In this document: positions 38,890 through 49,538 of the stretch, in pieces
Numbering within the stretch: position 1 is the stretch's first letter
Layout: every line of letters starts with the position of its first letter
Assembly (NCBI GenBank): GCA_022839105.1
Contig: JALHDH010000004.1
Span: forward strand, 2,062 to 66,061
DNA length: 64,000 bases
From: a bacterium
GTDB lineage: Bacteria > Vulcanimicrobiota > Xenobia > Xenobiales > Xenobiaceae
Direction of reading: 5' to 3'
Translations under genes and position numbers: made by a program
The notes under the pieces: model-generated
Told to the model about the DNA's origin: nothing
Database searches by the model: none
Seen by the model: only the letters and a program-made list of their open reading frames with translations

Positions 38890-40823
38890 TCCTTCGGCGC
38901 GGAGGGCTCGGGGAGAGGCTCGAGCCTGAAGACCACCAGACCGTCGGCAAAGCGGGCGGGCTCTCCCAGGATCGGGATCAGGGCCTCTTCGATCTGCTCC
39001 TGGCTGGGGCCGACCAGGAGCCCGGTGTGCAGGACCAGGTAACCGAAGCCCATGGCGCGCAGCTTGAGGGCCCCTTCCCGCAAGCGCTGCCTGGCCTTGA
39101 CGGACCGCGCGGCTCCGGTCTGGGCGTTGCGCACCTCTTCCATGAAGGGGTTCCGCGCCACCTCGGGGCTGAGCACGCCGCTGGTCCGGTAGGGGATGGC
39201 CCGGTGGTGCACGGTCTGGTAATAGAAGAATTCACCCGGCAGCAACAGGCTCTCGGGCCTCTCGAAGGGATAGTCGATCAGGCCGTGATCTTCGGGATCG
39301 GCGGCCACCATCTCGTAGAAGGCCGGAACCGAGGCCGGACTGGTGGGAAGCGGCCAGGGCGCCGGCGAGAGCAGCGCCACCTCCAACACCACGGCTCCCG
39401 CCACCAGAACCGAGAGGCCCAGCGCATCCCAACGCCCGAGATCCCTCAAGAGCCCGCGCAATCCGAAGGCCGCCAGGATCCCCAGGGCCAGGAGGCTCAG
39501 GGCCAGGAAGCGGAAGGGGATGGCCACCTTGTGGAACATCGGGAAGAGCCAGTACATGGCATGGTAGAAGGGGCTGAAGAACCCGTGGGACGAGAAATCC
39601 GAGAAGGTGACCACCGGCCCCAACGAGAGCGCCAGGAAGAAGAGCCCCACGGTCAGCCAGTAGGTCAGGGCGGATCGATCCCGCGGCTCCAGACCGGGGC
39701 GGCGCCTCCAGGCCAGGATGGCCAGGCCCAGGGCCACCCAGCCCAGGTAGTGGACCCGGGTCAGGCGATCGATGGTGACCGTGACCGTGGCGTTTCCCTT
39801 GCCCGGGAGGAAGAAGCCCGCCAGGTTGGTATGGTTGTGGAATCCCCGGACGCCTCGAGCGCTGACGCTCCAAGGCGAGTTGCTCCCCAGGAAGTCCTGG
39901 AAGCGCAGGAGGGATCGGCTGGGAGCCTTGTCCGGCATCACGATGTTGGCCGGATCGCTGACCACCAGTTGGAAGACCAGGGCGAACGGGAAGACCAGGC
40001 AGGTCCCCAGGGCCAGGGCCGCGACGGTCCGGAACACGGGATCGCGCGCGTCCAGAAGGGCCCGGATCAGACGGGTGCGGACCTCCAGGAAGAAGGATTC
40101 CCGCTGCCTCCAGGTCCGCAGCCTCCAGCGCAAGGGGCCCGGCGCCAGGAAGACCCCCGCCGCTCGAAAGGCCAGCAGGAAGGCGGCGTACACCACGAGG
40201 AACTGACCGTAGTACCAGCACGAGAAGGTGGTCAGGAAGAAGAAGAGCCCGGTGGCCAGAAGGTCGCGGAACCTCCGGGCCTCCACCGAGCGGTGCATGA
40301 ACAGGATGCACAAGGGCATCCAGGCCGTGTTGAGGGTCTCGGTCACCCCACTGGTCACCGGGTAGGCCAGGACATAGGCCGAGAGCCCGTACACCGCTCC
40401 CGCCACCAGGGCCGCCGGCCCGTTCCGGACCACGTGCCGGGCCAGGGCCCAGGCCGCCATGCAGCCGGCCCAGAGGTTCCCGACGATCAGCAGGTTGTAG
40501 GCGGTGACCAGAGGGAAGACCCCCAGGAGCAGGCCCACCACCAGGCAGTTGAAGGGGTCGGCCACGAAGAGGTAGCCACCGGCGGGAGCGTTCACCAGCC
40601 GGCAGAACAAGGGAAGGGCTCCCTGGATCAGCGAATCGCGCACCCACCAGTGCCCCCAGGCATGCTTCCAGAAGTCCCCATAGGAGTCTCCCAGGAAGCG
40701 CTCGGTGAAGACCTGGGCCACAGGCCAGGTGGCCACCAGCACCAGGAAGAGGTAGAGGAGCGCGGCCAGGAGCCAGCCTTCCAGCCACGAGAAGCGGGGC
40801 CGGTCTTGAGGGGTCGGATTCAT
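38850..40823 (-). CDS. GT-C-fold (YfhO-like) multi-pass membrane glycosyltransferase-like protein, paralog 1
   Basis: N-terminal TM then FLGDSYGDFWKHAW loop; many TM helices; LALSLGP, FPMFHKVAIPFRF; soluble C-terminal domain (YQTVHHRAI). Confidence 0.6.
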   Translation of the reverse strand: MNPTPQDRPRFSWLEGWLLAALLYLFLVLVATWPVAQVFTERFLGDSYGDFWKHAWGHWWVRDSLIQGALPLFCRLVNAPAGGYLFVADPFNCLVVGLLLGVFPLVTAYNLLIVGNLWAGCMAAWALARHVVRNGPAALVAGAVYGLSAYVLAYPVTSGVTETLNTAWMPLCILFMHRSVEARRFRDLLATGLFFFLTTFSCWYYGQFLVVYAAFLLAFRAAGVFLAPGPLRWRLRTWRQRESFFLEVRTRLIRALLDARDPVFRTVAALALGTCLVFPFALVFQLVVSDPANIVMPDKAPSRSLLRFQDFLGSNSPWSVSARGVRGFHNHTNLAGFFLPGKGNATVTVTIDRLTRVHYLGWVALGLAILAWRRRPGLEPRDRSALTYWLTVGLFFLALSLGPVVTFSDFSSHGFFSPFYHAMYWLFPMFHKVAIPFRFLALSLLALGILAAFGLRGLLRDLGRWDALGLSVLVAGAVVLEVALLSPAPWPLPTSPASVPAFYEMVAADPEDHGLIDYPFERPESLLLPGEFFYYQTVHHRAIPYRTSGVLSPEVARNPFMEEVRNAQTGAARSVKARQRLREGALKLRAMGFGYLVLHTGLLVGPSQEQIEEALIPILGEPARFADGLVVFRLEPLPEPSAPKDQTGKAGGASREE

Positions 40824-40935
40824 CGAAGCCCATCGTAGCAGGCCGCCCCCCTCCGATTCAATGAGGAACCCTTCCTGCAGGCGCCCCGGACCTGGGCGAA
40901 AAGGGACCGCCCGGGCCTCGGGGAATGAGGCCCCC

Positions 40936-41763
40936 ATGCCTTCAGCCGCCCGAGCGTTCCGCCGTTCCAACCGCGGCACCGTTGTGCTGACCCTGGTCCT
41001 GGGCCTGCTGCTCAACCTGGGCATGATCCAGATCCTCATCGAGTCGCGCGAGTTTGCTCCCAACCAGCAGAACCCGCGGGCCAACGCGCTGCGAACGGCC
41101 TACTGGCCCGAGTCGCCGGTCTCCACCGGCGAGACCGGAGATCCGCTGGCCGACTGGTTGGGCCTGGAGGCCTATCTGGCCCGCTCGCCGCTCTCCCCGG
41201 AGCAGCTCGAGGCCTGGAGGCCCTTGGAGGACCGGGCCCTGGAAGCAGCGGAGCTGGCGCTGGAGGGCTATACCCGGCTCCTGGAGCCGCTGACTCCCTC
41301 CCAGCGCCAGAAGCTCGCCGAACCCCAACCGGGCGTCGTGGACCACCGGACGCTGGGCCTGGACAGCGCCGGCCTGGACCTGCTCCTGGTCTGGCTGCAC
41401 CGCCTGGATGAGCGGGCCCACCAGGCCGAGGCCGAGGCCCCGGCCCAAAGCCCGGCCCCCCTGCCGATGCGCCTGGCCCCGACCCGGCTGGCGGTCTCGA
41501 TGACGCGGCTTCTCGACGATCCCCACGAGCCGATCACCCCGGCCCAGGCCCGGGCCATCCTCAAGCGCGAGGTGGAGCTGCGCAAGGTCCTGGAGATCCT
41601 GCACCAGACCCATGCCCAGGCTCGCCGGCTCCTGACGGCGCAGCAGCGCCAGGAAGCCCTCGCGCTGCCGCTGCGGCGCTGGGAGCCCTTCCCGTCTCCA
41701 CGGGCCCTGGAGCTCTTCATCCGTTCGGTCCATGAGCGCCGGAAGGAGGCCCCGAGCGCGTGA
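40936..41763 (+). CDS. Membrane-anchored helical protein with LTxxQ (Spy/CpxP-like) motifs
   Basis: N-terminal TM; LTPSQRQKL, ITPAQARAIL, LTAQQRQEAL. Confidence 0.55.
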   Translation: MPSAARAFRRSNRGTVVLTLVLGLLLNLGMIQILIESREFAPNQQNPRANALRTAYWPESPVSTGETGDPLADWLGLEAYLARSPLSPEQLEAWRPLEDRALEAAELALEGYTRLLEPLTPSQRQKLAEPQPGVVDHRTLGLDSAGLDLLLVWLHRLDERAHQAEAEAPAQSPAPLPMRLAPTRLAVSMTRLLDDPHEPITPAQARAILKREVELRKVLEILHQTHAQARRLLTAQQRQEALALPLRRWEPFPSPRALELFIRSVHERRKEAPSA

Positions 41764-43712
41764 ATCCTGCCCGAAGACTCCTGCACCGGGCCGGTCCCTG
41801 GCTGGCCGCCCTGCTGGCCTACCTGGCCCTGGCCGTGGCCGTCACCTGGCCGCTGGCCCTGCAGCTTGACAGCCATGTCCTGGGCTATCTGGGTTTCGAG
41901 AACACGGCCCAGACCATGTGGCACTACTACTCCTGGCGCGAGTTCCAGACGGATCTTCTGCGCTCGAACCTGCAGGAGCGGGGCTTCCTGGGCACTCTGG
42001 CCAACCTCGGCGAGATCTATCGGATTTCGGTCTCCTTCCCCGAGAAGAACAGCCTCTCCAACGGCATGGACTTCGTCTGGACCTGGCCCCTGGATCTCCT
42101 CTTCGGCCTGCCGGCCTACCACAACGTCAAGTGCTGGCTGATCCTCGTTGCCAATGCCCTGGCGGGGATGGCGCTGGCCCGGGCCACCGGGGCGGGGCGC
42201 CTGGCCTCCTGGGTGGGCGGGCTCGTCTTCTCCTTCAACCCCTGGACCTTCCACATGCTGATCACCGGACGGATCGTGGAGGCCCAGACCTTCCTGGCCG
42301 CCCTGGCCGCCCTGGCCCTTCTCTGGACCTGGCGTCGGCCGGAGCCCTGGGCCTGGGCCCTGGCCGGAGGCGCCCTGGCGCTGGTGACGGCCAACTACTG
42401 GTTCTACGGCCACTTCATGATCCTGTTCACCCTGGTCTGGCTGGCCTGGCATCTCTTGACCCGAAAGCCGCCGACCCTGGGGCCCTGGGGGCGAAACCTG
42501 GTCTTCTACCTTTTGACCTTCCTGGTCGTGTGCATGCCCGCCGCCCACCCCTACCTGGTGCGGCTGGTCACCGACGAACGCCTGCCGGGGCTGGTCCGGC
42601 CCGATCCGGGCGACCGCCCCTCCCTGGAGCGACTGACCCGGCAGGCCACCGCCTTCTCGGCCGAAGCCGACTACCCGCTGCGCCAGCCTCCTCGCGGAGC
42701 CCATTCGGGATTCACCCCGCCCTGGTGGATCCCGACCCAGCACACCTTCCTGGCCAACGCAACGCTCCTGGCGCTCCTCCCGGCCCTGCTGCTGCGCCGG
42801 GGCGGTTTCTGGCTCTTCGGGGCCTTCGTCTTCTATCTTCTGCCCCTGGGACCTTATCTGAAGTTCGGGGGCGAGGTGATCCAGATCGGCGGCCAACCTG
42901 TCCCCCTTCCCTATCTGCCCCTGATCCTGCACTTCCCGCTTCTGGAAAAGCTCTTCTGGCCCAACCAGTCGATGTTCGTCTTCGCGATGTGCGTCTCCGT
43001 CCTGGTGGCGGGAAACCTGGACTGGCTGCTGCGCAAGGCCAGGCTGAGGGGGGTCGCGGCCCTGGCGGTGACGGCGGTCCTCCTGGGAGTCCTGGCCCTG
43101 GAGATGTTCGGGCGGGGACAACTGCCCCTGCTGCGTTCGGAAGTGGTGATCCCCCCCCTGTACCTGGCCGAGGGCCGGGGAAGCGGCTACATCTACCTGC
43201 CGATCGGCCGGCGCTATTGGGAGGTCCCCCGCGACTTCACCTTCAACCGCGACTACTACCATGGCAGCGACCTGACCCTGGTGGACCTTCATCTGGCCAT
43301 GCACGGAGGCAAGGGGCTCTTCGGGCGTCCTCACTACATGGCAGGCAAGGACTACTGGCTGTACGAGCCCTACCACCTCTCCACCCAACCCTTCCTCCGC
43401 TGGCTGGTTGCCCTGGGCGAGCGCGAACCGCCGCCCTTCGATCCCGAGGATCTCGAGCAGGTCCTGGCTGAAGGGTACGAGTATGCCGTGCTCCACGAGA
43501 GATTCTGCGCGCACCTGACCGACCGGGGAGCCTACCGGATCGACCTGGAAGACGGCCGCCTCCGTTATGAGCGGATCCACCAGACCATGCGCAGCGAGTT
43601 CGGTGCACCGGTCTACGAGGGCCTGGAGCCCTCCTGGGACCAGGGCGGAGAGACCCTGGACTCGGTCTCGGTGCACCCCTTCCGGGTGGCGATCTTCCGG
43701 ATCAGCCGCTAG
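41760..43712 (+). CDS. GT-C-fold (YfhO-like) multi-pass membrane glycosyltransferase-like protein, paralog 2
   Basis: LAVAVTWPLA, WVGGLVFSFNPW, YLLPLGP, PYLPLILHFPLLEKLFWPNQ parallel the paralog 1 motifs. Confidence 0.6.
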   Translation: MNPARRLLHRAGPWLAALLAYLALAVAVTWPLALQLDSHVLGYLGFENTAQTMWHYYSWREFQTDLLRSNLQERGFLGTLANLGEIYRISVSFPEKNSLSNGMDFVWTWPLDLLFGLPAYHNVKCWLILVANALAGMALARATGAGRLASWVGGLVFSFNPWTFHMLITGRIVEAQTFLAALAALALLWTWRRPEPWAWALAGGALALVTANYWFYGHFMILFTLVWLAWHLLTRKPPTLGPWGRNLVFYLLTFLVVCMPAAHPYLVRLVTDERLPGLVRPDPGDRPSLERLTRQATAFSAEADYPLRQPPRGAHSGFTPPWWIPTQHTFLANATLLALLPALLLRRGGFWLFGAFVFYLLPLGPYLKFGGEVIQIGGQPVPLPYLPLILHFPLLEKLFWPNQSMFVFAMCVSVLVAGNLDWLLRKARLRGVAALAVTAVLLGVLALEMFGRGQLPLLRSEVVIPPLYLAEGRGSGYIYLPIGRRYWEVPRDFTFNRDYYHGSDLTLVDLHLAMHGGKGLFGRPHYMAGKDYWLYEPYHLSTQPFLRWLVALGEREPPPFDPEDLEQVLAEGYEYAVLHERFCAHLTDRGAYRIDLEDGRLRYERIHQTMRSEFGAPVYEGLEPSWDQGGETLDSVSVHPFRVAIFRISR

Positions 43713-44980
43713 CGGCTCGACCGAGAGGGGGCATGGGGCAGGACCTGCCCGCACCCGTAGCCCTCCAGCCGCAGGTGGGTCTGCGCGGCCGAGAGCATGG
43801 CCTCAGGGGTCACCCGTCGGATGGCCTCCGGATAGCCTTCCAGGAACCCGTGCCCCGCCCCCATCAACTCGAAGAAGGCCAGGCGGGAGGCCTGCACGGC
43901 CTTGCGCTGCATGGCGATGGCGAAGAGGCCCAGGAGATGGCGGCGGACCTTCGCGAGTTCCTGTCGCGAGACCGGAACCTCGCGCACCCGGCGCAACTCC
44001 TCGAGAAGGCCCTGCAGGGCGACCTGACGGTGCTCCAGGGAGGTCCCCAGGTGGAATCCGAAGTGGGCCCGGTCCCGCCGGGGCTCCAGTCCTGCTCCCA
44101 CCGCATAGCCCAAACCCCGGCGATCGCGAAGTTCGGTGAAGAGCCGGCCGCTCATCCCGGCCAGGACCTGGGCCAGCACGTCCAGGGCCAGGAACTCCGG
44201 AGACGGGAAGGGGGGACCCATGAAGGACAAGGCCAGGGCCACGTGCTGTCTGGCTCGTCGTCGGCACCGGAGGCGAGGAGTCTCGGGAGGCTCCTCGGGC
44301 TCCGGCTCAGGCAGGCCGGGAAGGGGACGATCCAGGGGGGCGAAGGCCTCCGCGACCAGATCCCGCATCTGGCTGGCGCGAAGGTCCCCCACCACCGCCA
44401 CCACCATCCGATCCGGAGAGTAGAGGCGCCCATGCCAGCGAATCAGGTGCTTGCGCTCCAGGCGCCGGACGCTGGCCTGGGTGCCCGCCACGGGGAGGCG
44501 GTAGGGATGGCGGCGATACAGGGCCGCCTCCGAGAGATCCATCGCATACGCGAAACCGTCGTCCTGGCGCCGCCGGATTTCGGTCAGGACCAGGCGCCTC
44601 TCCCTTTCGAGTTCCTCGGGCAGGAAGGCGGGCTCCAGGATGCACTCGGCCAGGAGATCCAGGGCCCTGGGCAGGTTCCGGGAGAGCACCGAGAGCGTGG
44701 CTCCCACCAGATCCTTTGAGGTGAAAGGTGCGTAGCGCGCCCCCAGGAACTCCAGTTCCTCGGCCAGATCCTCGGCATCCCTGCGCCGGGTCCCCTTGAG
44801 CAGCATCCGCTGGGCCAGATGGGTGATTCCCGAGAGCTCCCGGCGCTCGTTGCGGACTCCTCCCAGACAGTAGACCGCGACCGCCGTGATGGGCGTGGCG
44901 TGGTTCTCGGCCACCACGATGCGGAGTCCCCCGGGGCCGAGGTGCATTCTTGGGGACAGGCCCCGGCAGGAAGGGCTCAC
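43709..44980 (-). CDS. M16 family peptidase-like subunit, non-catalytic (HLAQR instead of HxxEH)
   Basis: SGITHLAQRMLLKGT, SGRLFTELRDRRGLGY; GTGA overlap with its partner gene. Confidence 0.85.
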   Translation of the reverse strand: MSPSCRGLSPRMHLGPGGLRIVVAENHATPITAVAVYCLGGVRNERRELSGITHLAQRMLLKGTRRRDAEDLAEELEFLGARYAPFTSKDLVGATLSVLSRNLPRALDLLAECILEPAFLPEELERERRLVLTEIRRRQDDGFAYAMDLSEAALYRRHPYRLPVAGTQASVRRLERKHLIRWHGRLYSPDRMVVAVVGDLRASQMRDLVAEAFAPLDRPLPGLPEPEPEEPPETPRLRCRRRARQHVALALSFMGPPFPSPEFLALDVLAQVLAGMSGRLFTELRDRRGLGYAVGAGLEPRRDRAHFGFHLGTSLEHRQVALQGLLEELRRVREVPVSRQELAKVRRHLLGLFAIAMQRKAVQASRLAFFELMGAGHGFLEGYPEAIRRVTPEAMLSAAQTHLRLEGYGCGQVLPHAPSRSSR

Positions 44981-46326
44981 GAAACCGTCCTCGCCCCGGG
45001 AGGTCGATAATGGACCACGCTGCAGCGTTCCGTCCGCAGATGGTCCCGGCAGGCCGCCAGGACCTCTTCGGAGCGGACCGCGGCCAGGCGGCGGACATGG
45101 AGTTGGGCCAGGGTGTGGTCCCCCAGCATCTCGAAGTGGCCCAGCGTGCGCGCGATGCCTTCCACCGTCTCCTGGTTGAAGACGAAGGTGCTCTCCGCCC
45201 GATTCCTGGCCTTCTGCATCTCCCGGGCAGTCGGCCCCTCCCTTCCCAGGGCCTCCAACTCCTCGAAGATCCCGGCCTCGACGGCCTTGAGATTCTCGGG
45301 AGGCAGGGTGCAATCCACCAGGAAGAAGCCGGGCTCGCGTTCCAGGAAGGCCGAACAGCCGACCCGGCTGACCAGGCCCTCCCGCTCGCGCAGCCGCCGA
45401 CACAGGCGCGAGGAGCGCCCCTCGCCCAGCACCGAGGCCAGAAGATCGCAGGCGGGCGCCTCCGGACTGAAGAGACCGGGCACGGGGAAGAGCATCTGCA
45501 GGTGGGCCGAGGAGAGGTCCTGCTCGAGATCCAGGCGGCGCAGAGCCTCCTGGGGAGACTCGGGCTCGGGGCGACTCGGGAGGGCCTGCCCGGGCGTCAC
45601 GGTCGCCAGGAGGTCCCCGATCCGCTCCAGGGTCGGCGCGGCCTGGACATCCCCCACCACGACCACGGCCATGTTGCGGCCCACGTAGTGGGCCCGGTGA
45701 TGGGCTCGGAGCTGGGAGGCCGTCATGGATCGCAGGACGGATTCGAGCCCGATCACGGGACGGCCATAGGGATGCCGCGGGTAGGCCAGGCGGAGCAGTT
45801 GCTGGGTGCACCAGGCCTCGGGGCGATCCTGGCGCATGCGCATCTCGTCCAGGATCACCCCGATCTCCCGTTCGGCCTCCAGATCTTCGAGGAGGGGGTG
45901 CAGGACCGTCTCGGCGAGGGCCTCCAGGACCGTCTCCAGATGGCGGCTGGGGACCACGCACCACAGACACGTAGACTCAAAGCTCGTGAAGGCATTGACG
46001 TACCCGCCCAGGGCATGGATCTCGCGGGTCAGGGTGCCGCTCGGACGGGCTGCCGATCCCTTGAAGAGCATATGCTCGAGGAAGTGCGAGATCCCGGCAT
46101 TCCCATCGGTCTCGTGCAGGGAGCCGATCCCGATCCAGAAAGCGACGCTGACGACCGAGGCGGGATAGACCTCCTGGACCAGGACCCGCAGCCCCGAGGG
46201 GAGGACCTCGCGCACCACATCCGAGCCCAAGGCCGACCAGGTTTCCTGACCGGTATACGGCTCGCACCGGCTCCGCGCGGAGGCGAGCCAGTCCGACGAT
46301 TTCCGGGGTCCGGCTCGGCGTGGCAT
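44977..46326 (-). CDS. M16 (pitrilysin family) zinc peptidase, catalytic subunit
   Basis: GISHFLEHMLFKGS, GGYVNAFTS, HPYGRPVIG, GEGRSSRL; start codon approximate. Confidence 0.9.
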   Translation of the reverse strand: MPRRAGPRKSSDWLASARSRCEPYTGQETWSALGSDVVREVLPSGLRVLVQEVYPASVVSVAFWIGIGSLHETDGNAGISHFLEHMLFKGSAARPSGTLTREIHALGGYVNAFTSFESTCLWCVVPSRHLETVLEALAETVLHPLLEDLEAEREIGVILDEMRMRQDRPEAWCTQQLLRLAYPRHPYGRPVIGLESVLRSMTASQLRAHHRAHYVGRNMAVVVVGDVQAAPTLERIGDLLATVTPGQALPSRPEPESPQEALRRLDLEQDLSSAHLQMLFPVPGLFSPEAPACDLLASVLGEGRSSRLCRRLREREGLVSRVGCSAFLEREPGFFLVDCTLPPENLKAVEAGIFEELEALGREGPTAREMQKARNRAESTFVFNQETVEGIARTLGHFEMLGDHTLAQLHVRRLAAVRSEEVLAACRDHLRTERCSVVHYRPPGARTVS

Positions 46327-46414
46327 GAGGCTGGCCCGGCTTCGCCCGGAATCTGGAGGACTCCTCCCCGGAAGGGAACCGGCCCCTCTCGACAGAACCC
46401 CCCTCCCACCGACC

Positions 46415-47095
46415 ATGCGAACCTCCAGACGCTCCCAGAATCGGGGCCGCACGCGACGCCCCCTGATCATGCTCCTCTCAGGCCTGGCCCTGGTCCTCCA
46501 GGCCCTCCTGCTCTTCGGCCTTCCCGGGGGAAGCCCGACGGCGAGCTCCTCCCTGAGCCCGACCTCTCCGGACGGAACCGCGCCGGCCTTGCCTGCGGCT
46601 CCGGTCCAGGGCCTGCAGCCCTCCCAGAACAACCCCTACCCCACCCTGACGGTCCCACCGCCTCCCGGAGTGCCGATCCCCGAGGGAGCCGTCCTCCTGT
46701 ACCTGCAGAGCCCATCCCAGGTGGGTCCGGGACCCGGTCCAGGCGCGGGAGCGACTCCCTCGCCGTCGGCCACCGCAGGCCTCCCCGACCGCCTGAACAG
46801 GCCCTTGACGCCTCAGGACCTGCTGCTGGGGATCCTCGAGCTGGAATCCCAGGGCGAGCTGGAACTGACCCCGGCCCAGGCCCGCCAACTGGCCGAGGTG
46901 GTCCGAGGCCTGGAGACCTCCTACCGGGACCTCGGCGGGGCCCGGGACGAGATGCTCGACGTCCTGACCATCGAGCAGAAGGCCTGGCTGGAGGACAATC
47001 CGCCCAAGCCCGGAGAGATCCCCTCAGGGGCTCCCGAGGAGACGGCCCTGGAGCCCGCCCGGCGCGCCCTGGAGTCCGTGGGGGATCCCGAGTAG
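46415..47095 (+). CDS. Exported Pro-rich protein with LTxxQ-type helical domain
   Basis: Basic n-region plus hydrophobic h-region; ELTPAQARQL...VLTIEQKAWL. Confidence 0.55.
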   Translation: MRTSRRSQNRGRTRRPLIMLLSGLALVLQALLLFGLPGGSPTASSSLSPTSPDGTAPALPAAPVQGLQPSQNNPYPTLTVPPPPGVPIPEGAVLLYLQSPSQVGPGPGPGAGATPSPSATAGLPDRLNRPLTPQDLLLGILELESQGELELTPAQARQLAEVVRGLETSYRDLGGARDEMLDVLTIEQKAWLEDNPPKPGEIPSGAPEETALEPARRALESVGDPE

Positions 47096-47138
47096 TCGAC
47101 GGCAGGAACCTCTCCCGGCTCCTGGGAAGTACTGCCCG

Positions 47139-49091
47139 ATGGCAAAAGAGCTGCTGCCCGGACAGGAACTTTGCGAAGGCCGCTACGAGGTGATCAAGAC
47201 CCTGACCTTCGTCGACGAAGGCGGAGTCTACACCATCCGCGAGCGGGAGACCCGTCAGGTCCTGCTGCTCAAGGAGGTCATCCCGCCCCCCCACATGCCG
47301 GCCGAGGAGGTCGACAAGCGGGTCCAGCAGTTCCGCGAAGCGCTCCTGATCCTGACCCAGTTCGACCATCCCAACCTCTCGAAGATCTTCCTCCACTTCT
47401 CGGAGGGACGCCGGCAATACGTGGTGATGGAGCGCGTCGAGGGCATCACCCTCAAGACGCTGCTGGACATGAGCGTCAAGCCGCTGCCCGAGCCCCAGGT
47501 GCTGCGCTGGGCCATGGACCTGTGCGACGCGCTGCACTACATGCACGACCGGCCCGCGCCCTTCATCTTCGATGTGCTCAACACCACGCACATCATGATG
47601 ACCAGCGAAGAGCAGCTCAAGCTGATCAACTATGGCCTGGACCGCTTCTTCGACGAGGAGGAGACCCGCAGCTTCTCGGCCAACCGAGAGGTCCTGGCCG
47701 ATGAGATGCGCAGCCTGGGAGACACCCTGGTCTTCCTGCTGACGCGCAAGCCTCCGGGCCCCTTCGGCCTGACCGGAGACGAGGAGATCTCCGAGGAGCT
47801 CTCCAGGATCCTGATCCGCCTGCTCACCGCCGACGGTCAACGGACCTACGCCTCCTTCGAGGAGCTCAAGAAGGCCTTCGACCGCGTCCTCAACCCGCCG
47901 CCCCCTGCGGCGCCCACTGCCAAGGCCCCCCAGGAGCCCTGGGTCAAGCTGCTGGATCTCAACCGCCTGTGGCAGGATGCCCTCTGGGGCTTCATGAGGC
48001 AACCCCTCTGGCTGGTGGCCAGCGAGATCCTCGGCGTCCTGGCCCTGGTCGTGGGAACCTGGTTCGTGCTCAACCCGCCGATCCACCCTCGGGAAGGCCC
48101 CGCGGCCTACGTGGCCTGTGGTCGCGAGATCGTGGTCCTGGATGCCCGCGAGAAGAAGCCCTTGACGCGAATCGTCATGGACCGGCCGATCCATTCGCTG
48201 GTCTCCACCCCCGAAGGAACCCGGCTCTACGCCGCGAGCGCCGAATTCCCCAACCTCTTCCTGCTCAACTCGCTTTCCAACCGCGTCGTCGGCATGATTC
48301 CGGTGGGACCCGGCCCGGAAGAGCTGATCATGGGCCCGGGCGGAGGCTGGCTGTACGTCCTGCACTCCCAGACCGGTCAGGTGGGCTTCGTGAAGCTCTC
48401 GAGCGAGGAGATCCCCATGGAGGTCGAGTCGGGGGTCTTCCGACCCAAGGACTCGATGATCGGGGTCTTCACCGCCGGCCCGGGTGTCCAGGGACTGGCC
48501 GCCACGCTGGCCGGCCCGTCTCCCGCCGAAGCGTCCGGCTCGCGGCCGACGCCGAGCCCGGATCCCCAGATCCCCGATGCCGGTCAGCGGATCTTCGTCA
48601 GCAGCCTGCTGGGGAACCGGCTGACCGCCCTGGAGCCCTCGCCCTTGAAGGTCCTGGCCACCGAGGACGTGGATGCCCCGGGTCCCCTGGCCCTGACCCC
48701 GGACGCCCGAACCCTGCTGGTCGCCCAGACCACCACCTCCCATATCCTGACCTATCGGGCCGAGAACCTCCAACCCGGTCCCCGCATCCTCCAGGTGGGA
48801 GGTTCGGACATCCAGCAGATCCTGATTTCTCCAAATGGCCAGGAGATCTGGTCGGTCAATGCCTCGGGAACCCTGGGAGTCCTCGGGCTCGAGGACCGCA
48901 AACTGCGCAGTACCGTCGAACTCCAGGGCAAACCCTCGGCGGCGTGCTGGTACCTGGTCGGCGAAGAAGCGGAACTCTGGGTCGCCACCAGCACCCCCAA
49001 CCAGATCGTCGTGGTCAACCCCTCGACCCGGATGGTCCGGACGAGAATCCCGGTCGGCGCCACACCGACCGATATCTGGATGGTACCATGA
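47139..49091 (+). CDS. Ser/Thr-kinase-like (probable pseudokinase) domain, TM helix and extracellular YVTN beta-propeller
   Basis: GRYEVIKTL, LLKE, FDHPNL, YVVMERVEGITL; catalytic loop FDVLNTTH and NYG replace HRDLKPxN and DFG; propeller repeats after the TM. Confidence 0.8.
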   Translation: MAKELLPGQELCEGRYEVIKTLTFVDEGGVYTIRERETRQVLLLKEVIPPPHMPAEEVDKRVQQFREALLILTQFDHPNLSKIFLHFSEGRRQYVVMERVEGITLKTLLDMSVKPLPEPQVLRWAMDLCDALHYMHDRPAPFIFDVLNTTHIMMTSEEQLKLINYGLDRFFDEEETRSFSANREVLADEMRSLGDTLVFLLTRKPPGPFGLTGDEEISEELSRILIRLLTADGQRTYASFEELKKAFDRVLNPPPPAAPTAKAPQEPWVKLLDLNRLWQDALWGFMRQPLWLVASEILGVLALVVGTWFVLNPPIHPREGPAAYVACGREIVVLDAREKKPLTRIVMDRPIHSLVSTPEGTRLYAASAEFPNLFLLNSLSNRVVGMIPVGPGPEELIMGPGGGWLYVLHSQTGQVGFVKLSSEEIPMEVESGVFRPKDSMIGVFTAGPGVQGLAATLAGPSPAEASGSRPTPSPDPQIPDAGQRIFVSSLLGNRLTALEPSPLKVLATEDVDAPGPLALTPDARTLLVAQTTTSHILTYRAENLQPGPRILQVGGSDIQQILISPNGQEIWSVNASGTLGVLGLEDRKLRSTVELQGKPSAACWYLVGEEAELWVATSTPNQIVVVNPSTRMVRTRIPVGATPTDIWMVP

Positions 49092-49444
49092 GCAGCGTCT
49101 GCCTACGCCACAAGGATCGTGAAACCGATATCCGCTGTGCCGCCTGCCTGCGCCCGATCTGCGAGGAATGCATCGTCATGGGCCCGGGCAACTCGCGCTT
49201 CTGCTCCACGGAGTGCAGCGAGAACGCCCAGAAGAGCAGCGAGCGCTTCGCCGACATGACGCGACGGGACGAAGAGGCCCTGCACGCCGCACGCCGGGCC
49301 GCCTTCGCCAGGCTGGTCATCGTGGTGCTCTTCCTGTTCGTCCTGGGGGTGGGCCTGCACGTGGCCTGGCCCTCCCTGCCCCAAGCCCTGACCGGTCCGG
49401 TGGAATCCTGGTTCGACCAGATTCGAAACCTCAAGCTGGACTGA
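49088..49444 (+). CDS. B-box-type zinc-finger membrane protein
   Basis: CLRHKDRETDIRCAACLRPICEEC and FCSTEC, then a C-terminal TM; ATGA overlap with the upstream gene. Confidence 0.75.
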   Translation: MSSVCLRHKDRETDIRCAACLRPICEECIVMGPGNSRFCSTECSENAQKSSERFADMTRRDEEALHAARRAAFARLVIVVLFLFVLGVGLHVAWPSLPQALTGPVESWFDQIRNLKLD

Positions 49445-49538
49445 AACTCGGGGTCCGCAGGAGGGGATGGGTCCCCCGGCAAGAAGATCTCCGCCTCAAT
49501 CAGGGGCGCATTCCGGGCGCCCGCTGGAGGCTGGATTG

